A stretch of DNA of 64,000 bases from an uncultured Planctomycetaceae bacterium (lineage in GTDB: Bacteria > Planctomycetota > Planctomycetia > Pirellulales > PALSA-1355): the NCBI GenBank assembly GCA_963785305.1, contig CAWAUV010000007.1, forward strand, positions 1-64,000. The letters are read 5' to 3'. The position numbers and the translations under genes are program-made. This document shows, one piece after another, positions 56,331-64,000 of the stretch. A model generated the notes under the pieces. That model saw only the letters and a program-made list of their open reading frames with translations, was not told the DNA's origin and made no database searches. Position 1 is the stretch's first letter. Every line of letters starts with the position of its first letter.

Positions 56331-57601
56331 CTACTGCTGGGCCGCGGCTTCGAGCGAGTCGAGGTCCTGGGCCAGCGATCGCAGAAACGGCTCGGCGTCG
56401 GTCACGAGGCCCACGGTCTGAAACGAGCCGCGGTCGGCCAACTTGATCACCGTCGACGGATTGATATCGACACACACCACCTTGACCCAGGCCGGCAAGA
56501 GATTGCCCACCGCGATCGAATGCAGCGTGGTGGCGACCATGAGGCAAAACGACACCCCGCGAATCTTTTCGCGCATCGCGTTTTGCGCGGCAAGCGAATC
56601 CGTGATTACTTCGGGCAGCGGACCATCGTCGCGAATGCTGCCGGCAAGCAGAAAATCGACATTGTGCTTGACGCACTCATACATGATGCCGCTTTTCAGC
56701 ACGCCTTGCTCCACCGCCCGGCGAATACCGCCCGAGCGACGGATGCGGTTGATGGCCCGCAGATGGTGCTCGTGGCCAGCCTCGACCGGATCGCCCTGAT
56801 CCATATGCACACCGAGGCTGGTGCCGAACAGGGCTTGCTCGATATCGTGCGTGGCCAAGGCGTTGCCGGCGAAAAGCAGATTGATGTATCCCTCGCGAAT
56901 CAATTTGCTCAGGTGCGGCGCGCTGCCGGTATGCACGATCGCGGGACCGCCGACGAGCAGAGTCTTTCCGCCGGCGGCGCGAGTTTGATACAGCAGCTTG
57001 GCGACTTGCCGAATCGCCACGCCCTTGGGCTTTTCGGTCGAGACCGGACTGTTCATGAATTCGAAGGTCTGCCGATCGGTGGAGCGTTCATGGGGAAACA
57101 CGCGCACCCCGGCATGGCCCACGACCCAGCGCTGACCGGTTCGTGCCTCGGTCATCGGTAAGCATCGCGCCGTGCGCTCGGTTTCATCGACCACGACGCC
57201 GCAGTCCATTTCCTGATCGGCCACTTCGATCCATTTGCCGGCCAGGCGAATTTCGGTGCGCTGATTCGTGGAGCTATAAAAACCTTCGGGAAAGGCGCCA
57301 TCCATGTCGCCGGTCACCAGCAGGCAGTCTTGCAAGGCGGTGGGCACGGCGCCGTGGTCGGCGATCTGGGCCAGAATCTCGCCGAGACGCGCGGCGTCGC
57401 CGGCGCCACTTCCAGGAGGGCAAAGCTCGGATCGTGGCGCCCCTGGCCGATCGTGATTTGCTTGATGCGAAACGAGCCCCCGGCCGCGGTGATCAGATCG
57501 AGAACCTTGGGCAGGATCAGGCTATCGATAATGTGCCCGGCGATTTGCACTTCTTCGACATGTTCGCCGTCGGGTCGTCGAGCCGAGGAATCGTGGGACA
57601 T
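56331..57601 (-). CDS. TIGR00300/LOR-SDH-like protein (ornithine cyclodeaminase-like); frameshift near 57400
   Basis: [44 protein letters not shown]. Confidence 0.85.
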
Positions 57602-57706
57602 GGCGCCGTCCGTGGTTTGCCGCGATGCGGTCGGGAGGATTCGGTTTTGGAACTCTCCCCTATTGTAGAGCGTCGAACCAATTTCGACCAACGGGCGAGC
57701 GCGACC

Positions 57707-58743
57707 TTAGTTCGCCAGGCGGCGGCGGTCGGCGGCGACCATTTCGGATACCAGCGACGCGAAATCCGCCGTCGGACGCCAGCCGAGACGCTCCAGCGCC
57801 TTCGCGCATCGCCGCGGAGCATGTTCACGTCGAGCGGGCGAAAAAAACGCGGGTCGACCTCGACCAGCAATCGGCCCGTGCGGCGATCGACGCCGCGGGA
57901 ATCGATGCCCGTCCCGCGCCAAGCGATCTCGACGCCAATTTCGCGAAACGCCGCATCGACGAATTCCCGCACGGTGCGCAACTCGCCGGTCGCGAGCACA
58001 TAATCGTCGGGCTCGGTCTGCTGGAGCATGCGCCACATGCCCTCGACATAGTCGCGGGCATGTCCCCAGTCGCGGAGGGCATCGAGATTGCCGAGAAACA
58101 GTTTTTCTTGCTGCCCGGCTTCGATCGCGGCGACGGCCCTCGTGATCTTGCGCGTGACGAATGCCTCGCCGCGCGTGGGCCCCTCGTGATTGAATAAAAT
58201 GCCATTCGAGGCATGCACCCCATGGGCCTCGCGGTAGTGGACCGTGGTCCAATACGCATAGACCTTGGCGATTGCATAGGGGCTGCGCGGCTGGAAGGGC
58301 GTTTTCTCATGTTGGGGCCCTGGCGCCGAGCCAAACATCTCGGAGGTCGACGCCTGATAAAATCGCACGTCCTTGGCCATGCCCAGCCGCCGAACGGATT
58401 CCAGAACGCGCAACGGACCCAGCGCGTCGACGTTGGCCGTGTGCTCGGGCGCCTCGAAGCTGATCGCCACATCGCTCTGGGCGGCGAGATTGTAAATCTC
58501 GTGAGGCTGAATTTCATGCAGTAAGTTCACGATGCTGCCGCCATCGGTCATGTCGCCAGCATGCAGGTGAAGCCGGCCGGTCCAAGCCGGCACGTCGAGC
58601 AAATGCGTCAGCCGCGCGAGATTGATCCTCGAGCTGCGGCGCACCAGTCCATGGACGATGGTCCCCTTGGCTAGCAGGAGCTCCGCTAGCAAGGCGCCAT
58701 CTTGGCCGGTGATTCCGGTGATTAAAGCGACCTGCTCGGCCAT
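57707..58743 (-). CDS. gmd: GDP-mannose 4,6-dehydratase; frameshift near 57805
   Basis: [40 protein letters not shown]. Confidence 0.93.
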
Positions 58744-59199
58744 GCGGCCCTTCTCCGCGACGCATGTCGCTTTCTCTGCTGAGCGCCGGCAACGCCAGGG
58801 AAACATTCCCTGCGGCGACGCGTTTGCCTCAGGGGGGCGGCGCCGGACTTGGCGCTCCGAGCCGCCACCCGCGAACAGGAGTATATCGACGATTTCGAGG
58901 CGCCCGCAACGGTCGACGCCCTCTGGCGGCGAGCTCAATCGGGAAGTGTCGGCGAAAACGACCGCGAACTTGAGCCGTTTTTTCATCTCAATTGACATCG
59001 CCGCGAGATTTCGAGTACAAGTTCGCCGCATTTTCAGAACGAGTCGACAAATTCTCCTCAAGAAACCGAGCCGCGCAACTCGGCAGCATTCAACTCTGGA
59101 AACCAAGTTCGCGAACCAAGCTTCCCGGTCGAGCAAGCCCGCGCCGGCGTCTGGCGTGGGCGGCGCCCGATTTTTCGATCCGATGTGACCAATCGCGAT

Positions 59200-61662
59200 A
59201 TGACCACACCCTCTCCCTCGGGCGGATCCGCCGACAAACTGCGGCGCTTGGCGCGGTCGCAAGCCGCGCCGCTCGCGCGCGCGGTCGGCGCTTGGCTGTC
59301 GGCCAGTCAGCGGAGAGCGGTCGGAATCGTGGTGGCGCTGCTCGTGGTGGTGTTGATCGCCATGACATTGTTTCTCGGGCATGCGCCAACGCGATCACCG
59401 AGGTCGAGGAGGTCGACGACAAAGTCACCTTCGCCATGGCCCACGAAGCGCTCGAACATGGCTATTTCGCCGAAGCCAAGGACTTGGCCTTGCAACTGCG
59501 AGCCCAGCCCGGAGGATCGCGCCGCGGCGAGACCGAGTTCGTCTTCGGGCGCGGTCGCCGAACATGCGGCCGGCGAACTGTTGGGCGAGGATCGCCGCGG
59601 CTATTTCGCGATCGCGGCGCACTATCTCGAAGCGGCGCGCAAGGCCGGCTTTCCGCCCGACTGCGAAACCGAGGGCCTGTTCCTGCTCGGCAAAAGCCAG
59701 TGCGAGGCCAAGGATATTGTCGAAGGACGGAAAACGCTCGAGGAATCGCTCGCGGCCGGCGACTTCCAAACCGCGGAAACCCAGTTGCTGCTTGCCAAAG
59801 CCTACGCCGAGCCGCCGGCCGACCTGCCCAAGGCGCTCGAACACATCGCGGCCTATGTCGCCACGCCCGAGCTGCCGACGACCGATCGTCACGACGGGCT
59901 GATGCTCGAGGCGCGGTATTACTGGGACCAGGGCGATCTCGAACATTGCCGCGCGGCGCTCGACCAAATTCCGCCGGAAACGATCGTCTCGCCCGATGCT
60001 TCCCTCTTGCGAGGCCGGCTGCTGATGAACAAAGCGCGGGCCCTGAAAACCGCCTGGAAGGCCGATCCCACCGAGAGCCGGCGCCTGGAGGTGATGGCCA
60101 AATACGACGAGGCAATGCAAGCGCTGCGCCGCGGCCAAGACGATCCGCTCCGCGTCGACACCTTGCGGCGGTCGATGTATCTGGTCGGCGTCGCTTATCT
60201 CGAAATGGAAGACTATCGCTCGGCGCTCGCCCAATTCGCCCGCACGCGCAAAGTCTATCTCGACACTCCCGAGGGCCTCGCCGCCGCGCTCGATGAAGCC
60301 GATCTCTTGCGAGAGCTCGACCAGCCCGACGAGGCGCTGGCCGCCTATCGCCGCGCACTCGGCGCCGTGCCCGAGGAAGGAGAGTTCGCAAGTCCCTGGA
60401 TCACGCGCGAAGGCTATCGGGCCCGCGTGCTCGAGGCCTACCGCGCGTTTGCCGACGCGGGTCATTTCGATCGGGCCGTGTCCTTGGCCGAGCGAATGAG
60501 TCCGCTGTTCACGCCCGCGCGCAGGCGCAAGTGCTCGCCGACACACACCGCATTTGGGCCATGAAAACCCTGCAAGGCGCCCCAGCGCTCAAGGAGCCGG
60601 CGGCGAGCGAAGCGGTACGGCACGGCGCGAGCTCTGGCGCATGGCGGGCAAGAATTACCGGCAGCTCGCCGAACTCGAATTCGCCACCCGTCAGTTTTCC
60701 GACGACCTGTGGCTCGCGGCCGAAGCCTTTCTGCAAGGCCACGACTTTCGCGCCGCCGCCGATGGCTTCGAGAAATACCTGCAACATGAACTGAAGAAGC
60801 GACGCCCGGGCGCGCTCGCCGGACTGGCCGAAGCGCGGCTGGCGCTCAACGATCTGGCGGGCACGCTGGCGGCGTGTCAGGAATGTATCGAATTCTATCC
60901 GAACGACGCCGCGTGTTATCGCGCCCGATTGCTGGCCGCCGAGGCAAACCTCGAGAAAGGCGACTTCACCACCGCCGAAGACCTGCTGCGGCAGAGTCTG
61001 ACCGACGACCGGCTCACGCCCGAAAGCCGCGAATGGCGCGACTCGCTGTTCACGCTCGGCAAGACTTTGTATGCCGATGGCCGCTACGAGGAAGCGATCC
61101 TGCGCTTGCAAGAAGCGATCGATCGCTACCCGAACACGCCGCAAGCGATCGAAGCGCGATACTTGGTCGCCCAGAGCTATTTGGCGGCGGCCAAGGCGCC
61201 GCAAGAGAAACTCGAAAAAGACACGATCGAATCGGCCCGCATCGCCCACCAGCGCCAGAAGCGGCAGTATCTGACCGGCGCGATCGCGAATTTCAGCGCC
61301 GTGCAAAATGTGCTCAACCAGCGTCAAGAGCAACACGAGCTCACGCCGTTGGAAAAAGCGATCTTGCGCAACTCGTATTTCGCGATGGGCGCGCGCAGTT
61401 CGATATCGGCCAATATGAAGACGCCCTGCAAACGTATTCCGCGGCCTCGAATCGCTATCAACACGATCCCGAGGTGCTCGAAGCCTTCGTGCAAATGGCC
61501 AATTGCCATCGGCGGCTCAATCGGCCGGTCGAAGCCCGCGGCGCCTTGCAACAGGCCAAGGTGGTGCTCGATCGATTGCCGGCCGACGCCCCATATAAGA
61601 ACGGCACCAACTACACCCGCCGCGAATGGGCCGAACTACTCGATTGGCTCAATGGACTTTAA
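59200..61662 (+). CDS. Membrane-anchored TPR-repeat protein; several frameshifts
   Basis: N-terminal TM helix and TPR-like helical repeats across ORFs 59185..60564, 60554..61720 and 60874..61662. Confidence 0.75.
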
Positions 61663-61716
61663 ATCCCTCGACCACGTGACACGAGCCGAACTCCGGCCGC
61701 GAACGAACCAGAACGC

Positions 61717-62172
61717 ATGAACCACGAAACCGAACAACTCGCCGATCTCATGTCCCTGCGCCGCGCGCGCATGGCCGATCTCGTCTATTTATGCCAACGG
61801 CAACTCGAAATGATCGATACCGGCGACATGGCCCCGCTGTTCAAAGTGCTCTCGGCCAAACAGCGACTGCTCGGCGAGCTCCAGGCGCTCGAGCGGTCGC
61901 TCGATCCGTTTCGCGAGCAGCGACCCGAGGATCGTGTCTGGCAAAGCGATGCGCTGCGAGCGCAGTGCGCGCGCGATTGCGACGAATCGAACCGCGCGCT
62001 GGGTGAAGTCTTTCAACTCGAGCAACGGAGCAGCCAGCGGATGATCGAGCGGCGCGACGCCGCCGCGACCGGTCTCGCCGAACTGCGCGACCAACACGAA
62101 GCCTGCGGCGCCTACCTCGCGCCACCGGCCGACATTCCCTATCGTCAACTTGATCTGTCCAGTGACGCCTGA
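61717..62172 (+). CDS. Small helical protein, FlgN-like chaperone candidate
   Basis: Q...I..GD...L..VL..KQRLL..L...E pattern and gene context. Confidence 0.5.
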   Translation: MNHETEQLADLMSLRRARMADLVYLCQRQLEMIDTGDMAPLFKVLSAKQRLLGELQALERSLDPFREQRPEDRVWQSDALRAQCARDCDESNRALGEVFQLEQRSSQRMIERRDAAATGLAELRDQHEACGAYLAPPADIPYRQLDLSSDA

Positions 62173-62184
62173 GGCGCGAAACCC

Positions 62185-63039
62185 ATGTCGAATCCCAACG
62201 ACTACCCCGACCCGATGTCGCTCGATGACACGTCCGATCTCGGCGCCGTGCTCGCCGCTTGGCAGGGCACCACGCTGCGGCTCGAACAAACCCATGCCGC
62301 GCTACGGGCCGAAGTATGCCGGCTGACCGACGAACTGGAAAACAAGAACCGCGAGTTGGCGAGGAAGAACCGCCTCGCCGATCTGGGCCAAATGGCCGCG
62401 CACATCGCCCACGAAGTACGCAACAATCTGGCCCCGGTGCGGCTCTACACCAGCTTGCTCCGTCGCCGCGCTTCCGACGACTCGGGCATGGTCGACATCG
62501 TGGATAAGGTCGAGTCGGGCCTCTTGGCGCTCGACGCCACGGTGCATGATCTGTTGAGTTTCACTTCGGATCGCGACCCGCAGGTCAATGTCGTGGCCCT
62601 CGCGACCCTGATCGACGATGTGCTCGGGAGCCTCGCGCCGCAGCTCGAAGCGCAAGACATTCACACGACCCTCGACATCGCTCCGCGGCTCACGACGCTT
62701 GGCGACTACGGCATGTTGCGCCGCGCGGTGCTCAACCTGGTGCTCAACGCGCTCGACGCCATGCCCCACGGCGGCGAGCTCGTGGTCACGGCCTGCGCGA
62801 GCCCAGGCTGCGTGGAACTGGAAATCGCCGATAGCGGGCCGGGCCTCGACGAACAAACCCGCCGCCGCGTGTTCGAGCCCTTTTTCTCGACCAAAAGCCA
62901 CGGCACCGGACTCGGGCTCGCGATCGTGCATCGCATTGCCGAGGTGCATGGCGGCGCGGCGCTCGCCGAAAACTGTCCCGAAGGCGGCGCCGCGTTCACG
63001 CTTCGATTTCCGCGCCGGGCACTGGAGCGAGCCGCATGA
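62185..63039 (+). CDS. Cytoplasmic sensor histidine kinase
   Basis: AHEVRNN H-box, NLVLNA, DSGPG, FFSTK, GTGLGL. Confidence 0.92.
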   Translation: MSNPNDYPDPMSLDDTSDLGAVLAAWQGTTLRLEQTHAALRAEVCRLTDELENKNRELARKNRLADLGQMAAHIAHEVRNNLAPVRLYTSLLRRRASDDSGMVDIVDKVESGLLALDATVHDLLSFTSDRDPQVNVVALATLIDDVLGSLAPQLEAQDIHTTLDIAPRLTTLGDYGMLRRAVLNLVLNALDAMPHGGELVVTACASPGCVELEIADSGPGLDEQTRRRVFEPFFSTKSHGTGLGLAIVHRIAEVHGGAALAENCPEGGAAFTLRFPRRALERAA

Positions 63040-64000
63040 CACAATCGCCGAACCCCATTTCGAATTCATCGGCGGCCAACGCGGGCCGAGTGCTCGTGGT
63101 CGACGATCATCAGCAGGCTCGGGAGTCGATGGCTTTTATCCTTCGCCAAGCCGGGCATCAGGTCGAATGCCGTTCGAGCGGCTCGGAAGCGCTGCAGCAA
63201 CTCGAGCACGAAAGCTTCGATGTGGTGGTCACGGATCTCAATATGCCCGGCATGTCGGGCCTGGAACTCATGCGCCAGCTCGAGCGGCGGCGTCACGGGG
63301 CCCAGGTCGTCATGGTCACCGCTTTCGCCAGCGTGGCCACGGCGGTCGAAGCGATGCGGGCCGGCGCTTTCGACTATATCGAAAAACCGTTCACCGCCGA
63401 TCAACTCGAAAAACTATTGTCCCGGGCCATCGCTCACGGGCGCCGATTGGATCAGGGCCCGCGGCTGGGAGCGAGCGACGGCGCGGCGATGATCGGCTCG
63501 AGCCTCGCGATGCGGCGATTGCGAGCGCGAATCGCGCAAGTCGCCCCCACGGCGGAAACCATTTTGATCACCGGCGAAAGCGGCTCGGGCAAGGAGCTCG
63601 TGGCGCGGGCGGTGCATGCGGCAAGCCTCCGGCGCAATCAGCCGCTGGTGAGCTTGAACTGCCCGGTGCTCTCGGCCCAACTCATGGAGAGCGAGCTGTT
63701 CGGCCACGAACGCGGCGCTTTCACCGGCGCCGACACGGCCCGCTCCGGAAGATTCGAGCTTGCCCACGGCGGCACGATTCTGCTCGACGAAGTCACGGAA
63801 ATCGATCTAACGCTGCAAGCCAAACTACTACGCGTGCTGCAAGAGCGGGCTTTCGAGCGAGTCGGGTCATGCCGCACGATCACGGTCGATGTGCGCGTCA
63901 TGGCCACGACGAACCGCGATCTGGGCTCCTTTGCCGCGGCCGGGCATTTTCGCGAAGACTTGTACTATCGGCTGAATGTCGTGCCGCTGGTCGTGCCCCC
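63036..64000 (+). CDS. Sigma-54-dependent response regulator (NtrC family); runs off the window end
   Basis: VLVVDD receiver, GESGSGKE, ESELFGHERGAFTGA, FREDLYYRLNV. Confidence 0.93.
   Translation, partial: MTQSPNPISNSSAANAGRVLVVDDHQQARESMAFILRQAGHQVECRSSGSEALQQLEHESFDVVVTDLNMPGMSGLELMRQLERRRHGAQVVMVTAFASVATAVEAMRAGAFDYIEKPFTADQLEKLLSRAIAHGRRLDQGPRLGASDGAAMIGSSLAMRRLRARIAQVAPTAETILITGESGSGKELVARAVHAASLRRNQPLVSLNCPVLSAQLMESELFGHERGAFTGADTARSGRFELAHGGTILLDEVTEIDLTLQAKLLRVLQERAFERVGSCRTITVDVRVMATTNRDLGSFAAAGHFREDLYYRLNVVPLVVP

Overview
GC-rich bacterial window whose gene content is typical of Planctomycetes (Planctomycete-type cytochrome c protein, ECF sigma factor next to a Ser/Thr kinase-WD40 gene, FHA-GAF-SpoIIE phosphatase, fused aroDE). 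Many housekeeping genes carry single-base frameshifts, which most likely reflects an error-prone long-read assembly. The backbone holds methionine, shikimate, histidine and arginine metabolism genes, uvrA, adk, ppk2, gmd and a flagellar-type sigma-54 regulatory cluster. Three accessory regions interrupt it. (1) 5.1-11.1 kb: an ISKra4-like IS, a putative type II R-M pair, an IS1380 element and two miniature inverted-repeat elements. (2) 23.5-25.7 kb: a second R-M pair. (3) 28.7-37.2 kb, the most interesting region: the N-terminal remnant of a RAYT-like Y1 (HUH) transposase is preceded by a 19-bp motif, and a second, 18/19-identical copy of that motif sits at the junction of two truncated Rhs/polymorphic-toxin fragments. 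Other fragment junctions carry short stuttered GG(G/T)G(T/A)CA-type repeats. A group II intron is inserted inside the first motif copy, and its predicted EBS1 loop is complementary to the motif. This suggests, as inference only, a Y1-transposase/motif-based toxin-cassette shuffling locus parasitised by a motif-targeting intron. No CRISPR array, tRNA or rRNA was seen.
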